This document shows, in pieces, positions 28,149 through 42,544 of a stretch of 64,000 bases of DNA. The position numbers and the translations under genes were made by a program. Each line of letters begins with the position of its first letter. Position 1 is the stretch's first letter. The DNA lies in contig NC_068982.1 of assembly GCF_001194135.2 (NCBI RefSeq), forward strand, positions 55,819,215 to 55,883,214, given 5' to 3'. The notes under the pieces are model-generated. The model worked only from the letters and a program-made list of their open reading frames with translations, was not told where the DNA came from and did not search any database. The DNA comes from Octopus bimaculoides (taxonomy: Eukaryota).

Positions 28149-28544
28149 CAACCACTACATTGTCTACCATTAACAGCATTACATTCAGCATCAACATCAA
28201 ACGAATGCAACCATTATCAGTCCAGTAACTCCTTAATTACCAGCAATAACAGCAACAATAATGTGTACATTATAAGCAACTCCATCTGAAATTAAAAGCA
28301 ATTGCATGAAATAAGGTGGTTCACTCGTGTACTTTAAATGCTGAATGAAATATCTTGGATTTTGGGTCGTTGAAGATTGACTTGAAATTAAACAGCAGCA
28401 ACAACATGAGTAATATCCGCCGGCACCAGCAAGAATATCCTCAACATCACCGTCACCATCATCACGAACAGGAAAGCCAATACATACACCATGTCATTGG
28501 AATCAACTAACCTTCTCGCCTAGAAGTGCCTGTGCTTTTATCTA

Positions 28545-28693
28545 AATTCAAGTTGGGCGAAAGTTTTCGAGAAGTGGGCCGCATAAAACATAGCTCTTAA
28601 TCAGGCGAACCGCACTGCTAAAAATTTGTAGATAATTTTTTGTTAGGCGTACCGATCAGAAATTCTCGCGGGCCTCAGTTTGCTCATGACTGT
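28545..28693 (+). mobile_element. Small hAT-like MITE
   Basis: tcgagaagtgggccgc...accgcac..ctaaaaat is shared with 34745-34866; the right end gcgggcctcagtttgctcatgactg resembles hAT TIRs. Confidence 0.55.
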
Positions 28694-28944
28694 TCTATAT
28701 TATAAAAATAAGAATTCAAGACGTCGCCTTACTCAACTTCCTTCTCTTTATTCCTTCTATTAAGGTTACGAACAAAGTATCCAATTACTTTTGTTGTCTT
28801 CTCTTTTAAGACTTTCTATTCTAGTAGTTTCTTTCTCGAACATTTATTTTACGGAACTCCCTTCCCTTATGATTTTGGTGTAATTCTTATTAAATCTCGT
28901 ACTGGCTGTTTTATCGTTTTAGGGTAGCTTTTTATTAGATTTTC

Positions 28945-29245
28945 AGAGGTGTGCATGCATCTGAGACCATGTGTTGAAACTAAAACAATTACAGCATCGA
29001 AGACACATATTAGTCATTCAAAAACATACGAAGACTATTAATTCTACTTAAACATTTATTATTACATGGTGACAAAATTTTTGTTGCACCAATTGCGAAT
29101 TTGTCACTTAGTTTTGTTAACGACCAGTTTGCATGACGAAAATGTTGACACCAAATAAATAATAAATGTTTAAGTGAAGTTAACAGTCTTTGTATGCTTT
29201 TGAATGGCTAATATGCGTCTTCCACACTGCAATCGTTTTTACTAG
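28945..29245. mobile_element. Hairpin (long inverted repeat) MITE
   Basis: Left arm aaaacaattacagcatcgaagacacatattagtcattcaaaaacatacgaagactattaattctacttaaacatttattatt is the reverse complement of ~29155-29240. Confidence 0.75.
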
Positions 29246-30012
29246 ATATTTTTCTTGTGCTTCTATAACCCCAGCAAATACTAAGTAGGCACTTGAACCC
29301 TATTTATTGTTAGTTACTTACAACTTCTAGTATAAAAATCAAAACAAAAAAAGACAACCAAAACTAAACAGATGGATGTGCTGATCGTCCATTGTCGGGC
29401 GTTCTTGGTGACATAGTTTAAATAAGTCGTAGAAAGATATTTCGTATGAAACATTCTACTGTTTTAATATTTATCATGTAAAGGATAAAATAGGAAGCTA
29501 ACTTAGTTATATCTTAACTACAGCCTATACTACCAATTAAAACACCACAGAAATTTTGTATCAGAAATTCAACTTACGTCCCATTATTTAGCTAATTCAG
29601 TTATTATTTCATATTTGTGTATATATAATATTCCATCCAGCCATCTTCTCCGCCCACTATTCCTGGGAGAGTCAAGCTTCTCCTCTATAGGGTCCTATGA
29701 AAAACAACCGTCATTACACTTTTCGTCTGGATTCCCAAGCGTAACCAAATGAAACTATTGATATTATCCAACCATTTCGCTCTTGGCTTACCCCTAGGCC
29801 TCTACAACGCGTGGAACAGTCATGGACAAGCTGTGGCCTGTGGGACGTTTTAAATGGCGTATCTGACGAAAAATTACCTTGAATTTTCCTTTTTTTAGTA
29901 GTGTGAATCTGCCTGATGATGTGGCATGTCCGATGTGGCCCGCTTCTCGAAAAAGAATAATCACGCCTGGTTTAGAACGTCCCCTGTTTCACTTAGCGGA
30001 TAGCAGTAAAAA

Positions 30013-30122
<110 letters not shown>

Positions 30123-30411
30123 GTATTAGAATGTCGCAGCTACTAAAAACTTGTACGTTAGTTTGATGGTTTACAGAATTGAGATAAGATTCACTTTTTC
30201 ATACAGTAGTTTTTGATGTTGATGTGGATGTTACTGTAAACTGAAAACATATGACGGTATGACGGTGATCCCCAAACAAACTGAATTCATGAGACTTTAT
30301 CTAGGTTTCGACTACTTTCCAAAATTTACAAGTGTTACTATGTTTACCTGTAACAATACTCATTAATTTAACATTGACTGCTTTATAACTAAACTCCACA
30401 GTTTAAAAGTC

Positions 30412-30603
30412 TGGTACAAGGCCACATAATTTCGGGGAGGGGCTAAGTCGGTCATATCGACTGGTACTTATTTTATCGAACTCCGGAAGGATGAAGGGCA
30501 AAATCGACCTCGGCATAGTTTGAACACAGAACGTGCAGACAGACGAAATGCCACCAAGCATTTTGCCCAGCGTTGCTAACGATTCCGCCAGCTCACCGCC
30601 TCA
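30412..30603 (-). mobile_element. SINE family C, near full length
   Basis: Family C reverse complement. Confidence 0.85.
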
Positions 30604-31140
30604 CAACCGTAATTATTGCAATTTAGTTAATTTCGACTAACGAATTAGTTGGAACGAAATATAGATTTGAAAGATCAAATGGAAATATAGCAGAATACCT
30701 GCCAGTTTTGTATAAACCAGTGACATACACTCCTACGTTAAATCCAAATTGTTCACCGCATGATTTTCTGAATAACTTGTCATTTTCTATTTACATAGAA
30801 CTAGAGATGTGCTTTATAGAAGAAAACAAAATCGGTTAAATATTAAATAAATTGNNNNNNNNNNNNNNNNNNNNNNNNNNNNNNNNNNNNNNNNNNNNNN
30901 NNNNNNNNNNNNNNNNNNNNNNNNNNNNNNNNNNNNNNNNNNNNNNNNNNNNNNNNNNNNNNNNNNNNNNNNNNNNNNNNNNNNNNNNNNNNNNNNNNNN
31001 NNNNNNNNNNNNNNNNNNNNNNNNNNNNNNNNNNNNNNNNNNNNNNNNNNNNNNNNNNCCTTGTGACCAAGTTAGATATTAAGATCTGTGGATATCAGAA
31101 AAATGTAACACTACACAATTTAAAATAACAGTATTGTTTA

Positions 31141-31478
31141 TTTTCTACTTGTTTCAATCATCAGACTGCGGCCATGTTGGGGCACTACCTTGAAAAATTT
31201 TAGTTGAACAAATCTATCCTAGTACTTATTTTTATTTTAAGCCTGGTACTTATCCTATTGGACACTTTTTGTTGAACCACTACATTATGGGAGGCGTAAA
31301 CATACCAACACCGGTTGTTAAATGACAAACACGGGCCTCTTTCAGTTTCCGTCAATAAAATCCACTCACAAGGCTTTGGTCGGCCCTAGGCTATAGTAGA
31401 AGACATTTACCCAAGGTGCTACACAGAGGAACTGAACCTGAAATCATGTGGTTGGGAAGCAGATTTACCACAGCCAAA
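31141..31478 (-). mobile_element. SINE family A copy lacking the internal microsatellite
   Basis: The two halves join directly at ccggttgttaaatgacaaacacgggcctc. Confidence 0.85.
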
Positions 31479-31689
31479 CCTTAGCCTCTATGTTGTAAGA
31501 CAGGAAATACATAATCGGATGTTCGACGGAATCGGTAATCGCTTTTATTGATGGCAGAATAAAGAAGATGCTAATAATTTCCTTATAATATTGATTGACA
31601 CTTTCAAAAAATTAAAAACGAAATGGAAGAAATTAGTTCAGTTCACACATATGAATGAGTATTTCCATGATAATATAAAATTTAACAAG

Positions 31690-31850
31690 GAATAATACTA
31701 AAGCTTGCTTCTCGACCATGTAGTCTTGGATTCAGTTCCACTGCGTGGCATCTTGGGCTAGGGTCTTCTGCAATAGTCCTGAGCTGACTAAAGCCTAGTG
31801 AGTGAATTTGGTAGAGGGAAACTGAAAAGAATCCGTCGTGCATGTATGTG
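31690..31850 (+). mobile_element. SINE family A, 5' half
   Basis: Similarity to 4510-4665. Confidence 0.75.
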
Positions 31851-31940
31851 ATCGTCGGTAATCTAAAACCTGAAAGAGGCAGGCTTCTGTTAGAGGCCTG
31901 CAAAACAATAAATCGCATGGTACCGAATCAAACTGTTTTG

Positions 31941-32009
<69 letters not shown>

Positions 32010-32717
32010 NNNNNNNNNNNNNNNNNNNNNNNNNNNNNNNNNNNNNNNNNNNNNNCTCATATATAGGTATAAGCTTGCACATACACACACACACACGCAC
32101 ACGCATGCACAACACACGCATGCACACACACACGCATGTACACGCGCACACGCATGCACACACATACGCATGCACACACACACGCATGCACAAATACACA
32201 TACACACACACACATCAACATTATCTTTACTACTCGTGAAGTCTCCTTTCGCTAAGCTGATTTTAACTTTATCTTCTCACCTTTTCTCTTTTCTCTATTT
32301 CTTCCATTCTACATTTCTACCCCACTTCTTATGTGCTAGAAGGTATCCTTCCTCCTTTTCTTTCATCCTTGAATTCGTTCTGCTTCCCTTCTTCCATTAA
32401 TCTTTTATTTTTGCTAACATTACTATAAGAGCCGCATTTGTCAATCTTCTCTTGATGTGGGGAACCAGACTTAAACTTATTGTAATATCTTCCTGTGACT
32501 GGTTACCGATTATATAACGATGACTTTGTACATTTCATCTACAAATTATGATTAATATGATTGTTAGGTAACTCCGAGCTTCCTGAAACAGCTGTCGAGT
32601 TATGAAATTATATACTTTTTCAAATTTTATTCTGTATTTTTTGTGCCCCTATGTAAATATATCTACATCAAGCCTAACTGTGTTTATCTCCATTATTAAC
32701 TCGATATGCCGCGACTG

Positions 32718-32916
32718 TGTTTGTGTTATGTTTGTTACTCTACACCATTAGACAACCGGTGTTAGCTTGTTTACCTCTCCGTAAACTAGCGTTTCGGCAA
32801 AAGAGACCGACAGAGTGCCAGGCATAAAAAAGAAGTACTGGGGTCGATTTGTTCGACGAAAGCCTTCAAGATGGTGCTCCAGCATGAGAGCAGTTCAATG
32901 ACCGAAACAATTAAAG
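32718..32916 (+). mobile_element. SINE family A, 3' half
   Basis: Similarity to 4740-4941. Confidence 0.8.
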
Positions 32917-33772
32917 CATAAATTATATGAAATATATACATTTGTAAAGAAACTCATGTGAATCAGCAGAGAATTCATTCCTTAAAACCGAAGAATAAAT
33001 TAAGTCGGTTTCAACAAATTAATAAAGTAGAAATAATTTGAATATCAAGTAATGTTTTTTGCTACTTGACCGTGGCTGTTCCGTAAGAACGCACATTACT
33101 GCGATTTTTTTAACACCAAGAGGACATCTTCTCTAATTGGGCACGATGCAACCGGCATCCGATATACTGCAAGCAGGGGAGCGAACCCCTACCACCTTCT
33201 TGTGACAGGACCAGCGGACCAGCCTGGTTTCGGACTATTTCTGCCCTTCCTCAGTGCTGGACACCTTGAATGTCAATAGAGCAGTTTTTACACCAACAAA
33301 AGAGTGTGCATTGATGCAAATAGTATTGCGATCTCCGGTTGCCAGGAATGTCGTTCTGATCTATGGAACCTATTCAAACTTTATTCTTAAGTTCTCTGAT
33401 ATAACATACTGGATTGCATAATGCTAAGCTCATTATACATTGGAGTGATTTCCCGTTACTATCTACAGGCATGTATAAAGACGAAGAATTTTTGGTGAAG
33501 ATGAAATTATAGGTGTGACGTTTAATGCTATTCCAAATGCGATGAAGTCAAAGAGATTAGAAATTGGTTCAGAGATTTCGTTCAAGAGAAAGATGTTTGC
33601 TTGACAACAGTATTCAATTTCTGATATTTAAATAAATTAATTATTTGGAAGCTGCAGGTGGGGAGCGTTTGGAGATAGGATAATAAGCCAATGTGTCAGC
33701 GGTTCATGATGAAGTGATTTAGCTCCTCTCAACAGCCCAAAACATCCATCAAGCTGAAAATAACTATTGGTG

Positions 33773-33816
<44 letters not shown>

Positions 33817-33951
33817 TATCTATCTATCTATGCGTTTCTCAACTTTTTTTGTCCCACACTCTATTTCGATCTCCACCTCAAAAAGAAAAAAAAAAAGGTT
33901 TTCCCCCACCATGAACTGACTTCGTTGGTATCTATCTATCTATCTATCTTT

Positions 33952-33998
<47 letters not shown>

Positions 33999-34207
33999 TT
34001 ACGCACACTTCTGAAAAGCCAACGAGGAATACGAACCAACGAAGAAAACGAGTCACAGTGAGAGCTTTGATAAATAAATCTTCAAATCTCACCCCACACA
34101 CTCGAAAACAGAAATGACATTGTAGATAATGTAATTCTCTCAAAAGCTTTCAAAAGACGGGATAATTGTTGTTGAAACGCTATTGATCATAGGTCTAATC
34201 AATTAGT

Positions 34208-34545
34208 AAAGGCACATAGCTCAGTGGTTAGAGCGTCAAGTTTACAATTGTGAAGTAGTGAGTTTGATTCCTGGACTGGCCAGTGTGTTATGTTCTTGAG
34301 CAAGACACATTATTCCACGTTGCTCCAGTTCACTCAGCTGTAGAAAGGAGTTGCAACGTCACTGGTGTCAAGCTGTATCGGCTTTTGCTTTTCCCTTGGA
34401 TAAAATCGGTGGCGTGGAGAGGGGAGACAGGTATGCATGGGTGAATACTTGTCTTCCATAAACAACCTCGCCCAGATTTGTGCTACGGAGGGGAACTTTG
34501 TAAGTGCAATACCATGGTCAACCATGACCGAAGGGGGTCTTTATC
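34208..34545 (+). mobile_element. CORE-type SINE (family B), tail type 2
   Basis: Head ggcacatagctcagtggttagagc, CORE-like block; tail shared with 36240-36495. Confidence 0.85.
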
Positions 34546-34744
34546 CTGCTCAATCAACAGCCACTAACAGCAACAACGTCATAATGAAATAAGTGCTTTA
34601 ACAGATCTGTGCTCAAGAGCGCTCCAGCCGCAACCGTTCCATTTCCACCCATATATACAGGGAATAGAAGATTACATTATCCAACGTATAGTTTTCGAAA
34701 ACGTGCGAATAATTTTGCTGTTCCTCAAAACGTTTAGCAAGAAC

Positions 34745-34866
34745 AAGTATGGGCAACCTTCTTCGAGAAGTGGGCCGCGTGAGACATGGCTTCTCGTCAA
34801 GCAGACCGCACCACTAAAAATATTCAAGGTGAATTTTCGTTAGCGTGCTATTTGGCAAGTCCTGCA
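34745..34866 (+). mobile_element. Small hAT-like MITE (second copy)
   Basis: Shares its core with 28545-28693; starts atgggcaacc. Confidence 0.55.
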
Positions 34867-35306
34867 GGTCGAATGCGGTTTGTTGGCTGCAGTTTTCCTA
34901 TGAATGAGTTGGAATGTTTTGATTAACTGAAACATTTGTTTGCTTTGTTGTTGATGCAACAAAGATTTTGGTGACGAAGAAAAAGGATGATGATGATGAC
35001 GATGATGACAAAGATATAATAACGACAAAATCAACAATAGAAACAATAAAAATATGCGGTAAGACGATAGAGAAATAAAACGGAGAAAAAAAATTAATAA
35101 AAATTAATAAAACAAACAAACACATTAGGGTTTTGATGACCCCCACCCCACCCCACTCCTTACCCTTATGCTACTTGCCAGCGTTGTTTACGGAAGGCCG
35201 GTAACTACTTAATACATTAATGAAATTATCATCAACTTTCTCGGAGACGTCGTTAAAATTCGTGAAAATAAACAGAAAACAGGTTAATATTTGAATAGTA
35301 CAGAAA

Positions 35307-35318
35307 CAGAAAGAGAGA

Positions 35319-35404
<86 letters not shown>

Positions 35405-35405
35405 T
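35307..35405. repeat. (GA)n microsatellite
   Basis: Direct reading. Confidence 0.95.
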
Positions 35406-35841
35406 GGTATGGTGACAAGGGAGTCATTGTTTGCCAGCATTCAATTCCGCAAGGTAAAATTCAACAAAGAGAGAGAGATAAAGAAAGTTTCATTGCAGCA
35501 AACTATCCTTTACTGATTTTTCTCTCTTCGGTGAAATCTGTTTCTTTTATTAACCTTGCTATGACGATAGACGAAACAACCAAGGCACATCTAAGAGGTC
35601 GCTCGCTTTGTAAGAAATAAATTACCCTTTTTACTCTCTTAAAAAAGGAAAGGCACAATTGGAATGCCTTGACTCTAGGTCTAGCCAATACATACATACA
35701 TACATACAAACATACATACATACATACATACGCACACATGTATTTATGTGCATTGTAGAAGTTTTGAGACTTTTTTTTTTAGGAGAGGCATTTATAACTG
35801 TCCCAAATCATTGTAATTTCAGTATATCCTTACCATACGTC

Positions 35842-36012
35842 TGTAGAGGCACATGGCCTAATGGTTAGAGCAGCGGAATCACGGTCGAGGGATCGCGGGT
35901 TCGAATCTCAGACCAGGCGTTGTACGTGTTTATGAGCGAAAAACCTAAGCTCCACGCAGCTCCGACAGAAGGTTATGGCGTACTTCTGCTGACTCTTTCG
36001 CTACAACTCTCC
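35842..36012 (+). mobile_element. SINE family D (tRNA-derived, OR1-like), 3'-truncated
   Basis: Matches the 5' half of 43718-44095. Confidence 0.8.
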
Positions 36013-36239
36013 GCTATACGAATATTGTGGGTAAACTTTTGGCTGTATGGTCTTTAATCATAGTTTAGTTAGAGAGCTAACCTATGGATATTGGGGATCA
36101 TCATCATCATCAACAACAAAAACAATGACGACAAAAGCTTTGTGTTTATTCATTTTTCAAAGTCTAGAAGGTTGTGTGGTTAAGAAGCTCGCTTTGCAAC
36201 CATGTGGTTAAAAATTCATTGGTGAAACTGTGAGGAGTC

Positions 36240-36495
36240 CGGGCTGTGTGTTGTGTTCTTGAGCAAGACTTTTCATTTCACGTTGCTCCAGTTCACGCAG
36301 CTGAAGAAGTAAGTTGCAATATCACTGGTGCCAAGCTGTATCCGCCTTTGCCTTTCTCTTGGCGTGGAGAGTAGAGGCTGGCATGCATGGGCGACTGCTG
36401 GTCTTCCATAAACAACCTTGCCTGGACTTGTTCTTCGGATGGAAACTTTCTAGGAGCAATCCCATGGTCATTCATGACCGAAAAGGATCTTTACT
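36240..36495 (+). mobile_element. CORE-type SINE (family B), tail type 2
   Basis: Matches 34280-34545. Confidence 0.85.
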
Positions 36496-36530
<35 letters not shown>

Positions 36531-36531
<1 letters not shown>

Positions 36532-36750
36532 TGAGTGTGTGTTTGTCCCCTTCCCTCCATTGCTTCACAACCGTGTTGGTTACTATACGTTCCTATAATC
36601 TAGCAGTTTGACAAAAGAGACCGATAGAACTGATACCAGACTAAAAGAAAAAAATATAAGTACTGGGGTCAATTTCTACAACTAAACCCTTCAAGGCGGT
36701 GTCCCAGCATGGTTGCAGTCCAATGATTGAAAACAAGCAACAGATAAAAC
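36531..36750 (+). mobile_element. SINE family A, 3' half
   Basis: Similarity to 4740-4941. Confidence 0.8.
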
Positions 36751-37104
36751 ATAAACAATGTTGGAAAACACTCAGGACTAGATATTTTATTCCGTAACTG
36801 TTTCGTTAGATTTTTGTTCGACTTATATGTTCTGCCAGATTCAGTTTACTTTTCATCTTTCCCACTTAGTTTAAAAACAACAGATTTCTATTCTAGATTC
36901 TAATACAAAAAATTAGCCTGGTAATTTAGTCAAAACGAATTAACATAAAATGCTACAAACGCCAGCGGAGTAGCAGAAACCCTTGAGGACCAGACTAAAT
37001 TGCTTGTAGCACTTAATTACTTCCTTTAACGTTGTGATTCATGCACACTTCACACCGATTCATTTTGCCTTTCATTTTCTGAGAGCGTATAATACAATAT
37101 TTCG

Positions 37105-37880
37105 GAGGTGTACTTGCCAGGCAATTGGTTTAATCTGAGATTGTACATTGAAACTAAAACAATCGCAGGATGGAAGACATATTAGCCATTCAAAAATACA
37201 CAAAAATACATTTAAACATTTATTATACTGGGTAACAAAACTTTTATAATTCTTTTTGTTTTATTTTGGTCAGTAAGTGTTATTTCATATTTGTTTCTAT
37301 CTAGAAGTCAAAGGAAATGACTACTATTACCTTCAAACTTTGCTTTTGTGACCTGGACATCAATGTTTTAAAACTGATCTATTTTCCATTACATTTCAGA
37401 CCGATTCAGTGCTGAGTTGCTGAAAAGAAATATCATTATAGCAAATATTCTGTTGAATGCCACAAATTTGCTTGTCACTTGCTTGACCTTAACCACTTGA
37501 ACATGTTCCTTAGTGGCTGACAAAATGTGTATCTCTGATTACGAGCAGGAGTTGTGGAGGAGCATGATAGCCACATGTTGAGAGGGACTCTTTGGAGTTT
37601 GAATAAATGCAACAAAAGCAAAATTTGAAGGAAATATTAACCACTTTTCATACTTTCTAGGGGTAAGCGAATAGGAAATAACAGTTGCTACCCAAGGGAA
37701 AAAAATCATGTTACTCAGTGCTATTTTGTGCATGAGGAATCATGCAGTGGGACCTCATTAGTGACCAGGTCGCTGCTCGTGCGACAAAAATTTTGACACT
37801 AAATAATAAAATGTTTAAGTGAAGTTAACAGTCTTTGTGTGTTTTTTGAATGGCTAATGTATGCCTTCTGCGCTGCAATC
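37105..37880. mobile_element. Second copy of the hairpin MITE, with arms separated by nested insertions
   Basis: Left arm ~37140-37240 and right arm ~37785-37880 match the arms of 28945-29245; an inner element at ~37325-37635 has its own ~24-bp TIRs. Confidence 0.7.
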
Positions 37881-39109
37881 GAATTAATGCAATAAGCCCC
37901 AATCAATTATTGGAGTCGATATAATCGACTTTTCTCTCCATCACCCAAACTTATTATGAGTGATAATCGAGTGGTATTTGAAAAATGAGAAGAATAGTGT
38001 CAACGTTACAGGTAAATGTTTTGGGCATTGACAACAGCATTGGTAAATAACTAGGGAAAAAAAGTAGTGAGTTGGGGTTGATAAAATTAGTTTCAATTAA
38101 GTACTGTGATCAATTAGTACTGTGATCGATACCTGGATCAATTAGTACTGTGATCAATACCTTGTGAATAGCATTAGTCGACGGAAATGTGAAAGATCTC
38201 TATGTACAAGAAATAGCAGCCAAATATTACTCGAAAAAGGAAGGACAAAATAGATAATGTAATCTTAGACACCCACACTGTTTGTAGAGTCAGTAATTTT
38301 GCTAAGATTCTAATAAACTTAAGATTGATACTTATTTAAACTGCTATGTAGATGTTAATTTTTTTTTAATGATAGTTTTACATAAAATACAAATTCATTT
38401 TTAAAATAAACTGACTAAACATGAAATTTTAGAAAACCGACTGAAAATAAAATTTTTCCTTTAACTTAATTCGACAATTCTTCGAAGAGCTGAGTAAATT
38501 AATCTAACGATAAAAGTTTGTTTCTTTACGTTGCAATGGGAAATAAAATATTTCATGTAGAAAACAAGTCGGATGTGCCTATATTCTCATTTAAACTGAT
38601 AAAATGAAAGGAGACGAGATGTTTTCTGGATTAAAATTCCTATAAATGGAGTCAAATTCTTCACGACAATAATCTAGAGTATTAAGATTTTAAAAATAAA
38701 ACTTGAAGGGAGTAAATTTAAATTTAGGATAAGCGTATAAAACTGTTATACAAACACTGAAGAAAATAGACATGCCTTGCTAAATATAGCTATGGTTAAA
38801 CATGCATAAGCTAGCACTTCGAACGATGCCAAATTGATAATGTGGTGGCTAATCTCCTGCAACAGCCTTGCTACAAACCAGTTAAACAATTTGTAAGTTT
38901 GTTGATCAAGTGATTTAGACTTTGTTGTGTAGTTGAATATTTTCTTAAGATCCCAGCGAAGTCATCTATCTTTAGAAAAATAGGGAAAGAGACATTGATT
39001 TTAACTTCACTTTGCCGAATCTCTCAGGTCTGATTAGGCCATAACAAAGATTGATTTAGCTGTATTTTTTTTTTGTTGGTCCAAGAAATGTTCAGTAAAA
39101 CAAAGAGAG

Positions 39110-39340
39110 GAATTTTGTGTTACATAATGAAAGTGAGAATGGGTAGGTCAGCATAAATGACTTGTAGAGAGCTGTTATATGGGAGGAGTCAGGGAAATTA
39201 CATTCTTTAACGACAAGTCATTGTTTGAGACAGTTTAAAGATGTGAAAATGTAAATAAGTAGCGGATTCTCGAGATTAGTCATGAAAAAGTTAGACATTG
39301 ATCAACGTTCAGAAGTGGCTTGAAGTTTGTGAAAAGAAAC
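39110..39340 (+). mobile_element. Decayed RTE-like LINE 3' fragment
   Basis: RMGR...ELLYGRSQG...DSLK echoes the RTE ORF2 end. Confidence 0.4.
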
Positions 39341-40412
39341 ACATTTGCCTTCACCCGACAGTTATATAAACATATTAGATAAAAAAATCAATCCTTTATA
39401 GATGGGGGCGGGGAGGGGGGTACAAAAATCTTACACTTCCTGTATAAATTCCTTCTTTCTTTTCTTTCACNNNNNNNNNNNNNNNNNNNNNNNNNNNNNN
39501 NNNNNNNNNNNNNNNNNNNNNNNNNNNNNNNNNNNNNNNNNNNNNNNNNNNNNNAATGTATTGATTAAGAATAGATTTAAAATAAACAAAAAAAACGTTT
39601 CTATTTCATGACCTTATTCCAATACATTTGAAGTTACGTAATGTTGTACAGTTATGATGTTCCCACCAGATCTTCACACTGCTAGTAATCCACCTCTAAT
39701 TTGTCTTGTCAACATACTGTCTAGTAATAGATCCGTCGACTCTAAAATAACTTTTCGGAACTGATCTCCCTTGTCGTCAAGGTCTCACTTAACATTATAT
39801 TTATTTCTTTTACGGATACGCACTCTCAAATTGTGTGTGTGTGTGTGTGTGTGTGTGTAGGATACGCTTGCGAGACACTCATGTCTTTGTGAAGGGCTTT
39901 CTCAAATCAACGAAATTATATTGCTTTGATCAAGAATCGAAACTGGTTTTCATGACCATCTGTAAGCTTTGCCTTACACAATAGCACTCGCCTCTCATTT
40001 ATATCATCTTATTTTATCACTTTAACTTCACACAATGCTGGCGATTTAGAAGGAAGGAATAAAATGTAACATCTTTGCTTTCCTCTTGAGATAATTGGTG
40101 TTGGTAAAATTAACCGAAATGTTTATAAACAGGAATCAAAATTGGATTACGAGTTTGTCAAGCCAAATTGTTGCTTCTACGGATCTCACTCAACCAGTAT
40201 ATAAAGCAATATAAACGTATTAAATATTTTTCCTGATGATTCTGAAATTAAATATTATTTGAAAAGTAGTTCTATAAAATACAAGAAAATAACTTAATAG
40301 ATCGGCTAACCAGTAATGTTTATTACATTTTGTACATGGTCATCGCTGATCCCTAACTCGCCACACGCAGACCCTTTAGAATGAATACAATGTTTAGCAT
40401 ACAGTGACAAAG

Positions 40413-40618
40413 CTAAGGCGACGAGCTGGCAGAATCGTTGCTGTACTGGTAAAAATGATTAGCGGCATTTATTACGTTCTGAGTTCAATTGTCGCCGAGG
40501 CCGACTTAGTCTTTCAACCCTTTCGGGATCATAAAATAAGTTTCAGTTGAACACTGGGTTGAAGTAATCGACTTATCCACTCCTCCAAATTGCTAGTCTA
40601 GTGCCAACATTTGAAACC
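40413..40618 (+). mobile_element. SINE family C, full length
   Basis: Head aaggcgacgagctggcagaatcg, B-box-like gagttcaatt, core and tail. Confidence 0.85.
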
Positions 40619-40786
40619 AGTATACAGCTACAATGTTAATATTTCTATAAAACAGTAGTTAGACTTGACTAAACAGCCATTTCCTTCCTTTTGAACGTAA
40701 TACATTTTTATTAAAAGTTTATGAAAGTCTCGTTTTCAACAAATTCTCTTAAGTATTTTCCAAAAGTGTGAAGAGCAATAACTTAA

Positions 40787-41005
40787 TTGGCGGCCTAGTG
40801 GTTAGGGTGTTGGATTCATGATAGTAAGATTGTGGTTTCGATTCCGGAAAGGAGCGATGACCGGGTGATATGTTGTATTCGTTAGTAAAACACTTCATTT
40901 CACGTTGCTCCAGTCCACTCAGCTGGTGCAATGAGTAATCCTGCGACGGACCGGCTTTCCGTCCAGGGAGGAACATATACACCAGAGAAATCGGGAAACC
41001 GGTTC
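40787..41005 (+). mobile_element. CORE-type SINE (family B), tail type 3
   Basis: CORE block then aatcctgcgacggaccggc...; tail shared with 53840-54028. Confidence 0.8.
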
Positions 41006-41715
41006 TATACTCCTTATGGAGTAATGTGAACTAATCATAACTGAATTTGCTACTACCTGGTTAAGATCCAAGTTTCAAGACACTGAAGACATTACTTGAT
41101 AAGCAGTTTCACAATTCTCGCTTCAAGAACGTTATAAATAAACTCATTTGTAGCCAATTCAATAAAAAATATCAAACAGTTTATCATTTAGGCACTTTAT
41201 AAAAATGCATAGTTAAATGTTGCAATGAAAGCCAGTGACGAACAAGCGGCTATTGAAAAATAATCAAGGGTTTTATCTTGAACTGTTTCTGTAAAGCTCA
41301 GTTATAGCTCCTCATATTTTGGGAAAATGTTTAGGGAAATTTGTAGAAAACGGGAGATATGTAAACTTTTGACAAAAATATCTCACATTTCCTGGAAAAA
41401 ATACATGGCAGTTCAGTTGAGTTTTATCACTGTTTATATATATATTAACTTTTGTATCTTTATATTATAATTTATTCATATATATAAAAAAAAAGACAAA
41501 TTTATGCAAGGTTTTAGTGAGAGAGTTTTTCTCTGACGACCAAGGACTTTCTTGAAACGTTAGGCTTCTCATCTCCCTGCAGCACACGAATTTTATCTAA
41601 ATATCCAGGCTTTACTAAAAACTTTTTGATGAGCATACCACTACTAGTTTCTTCGAATTCTATTTTCACTTAATATAAGGTTTATCATTCTCTAATGATA
41701 GTATTACCTTTCTGA

Positions 41716-41915
41716 AAGGCAACGAGCTAGCAGAATCGTAAGTAAGCCAAGAATAATTCTTCGCAGTATTTACGTTCCTTGTTCAAATTCCGCCGTGGTC
41801 GACTTTTCTTTTCCTCCTTCGGAGTTAAGGAAGTAAGTAGCGGTTGAACACTGTGGTCGATGTATCAACTTCTACTTCCCTCAAAAACTGCTGGTCTTGT
41901 GACAAAGTTTGAAAC
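41716..41915 (+). mobile_element. SINE family C, full length
   Basis: Family C similarity. Confidence 0.8.
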
Positions 41916-42544
41916 AAATATTATCTTTCTGAATCACAAAACTCATTGTTGTATAGTTTGTGTACATCCACCGAAGATAATCTATCCCTGGGTACCACCT
42001 TAGGAACCTTTAAACTAGTAATAACACTTAACAAAATACGCATAAATAAATGTATTACATCTTTCTGCTTATGTTTTGTCATTTACAATGGCCCAAAATG
42101 CCTTCAGTACCTCCATATCCCATGCACCTTTCTATGTGTGTGCCTGTGTATATACACATATACATGTACATTTAGTGTGTTTTAAATATTTTTCGGGAAC
42201 AACTCTTGTAAGAAAGAGTTCATATATAAATGTGGAAACTCCTATATCTTTAAATATGATACGTAAGTGTGACTTGCTTTTGTAATTTATCATTTCCTGT
42301 TCAGTCTTATTGGGTATTGCCGTTGAAAGAATTTGCTGTACAATTTTTTGGTAGCTATATTCTGGTTGAATTTTGTATGTGTGTGCTTCTTCCTTATTGT
42401 AATGCTTCTCTATAGCCTCAAATTGCGAGATTTATCAAATGGTTTCTTTGCTTTTAAAATCTTACTATTTTTCTAATTTAATTTGTTGTCTGGAGTACCA
42501 TTCAATTATGGAGTTAGTGGTAGAAATCGAACAAAATGTTTAGT

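Noticed and set aside
30205-30233. Possible 29-nt Thr/Ser micro-exon (VTSTSTSKTT)
   Set aside because: Phase 1 to 0, weak GTATGA donor, low complexity; could be chance.
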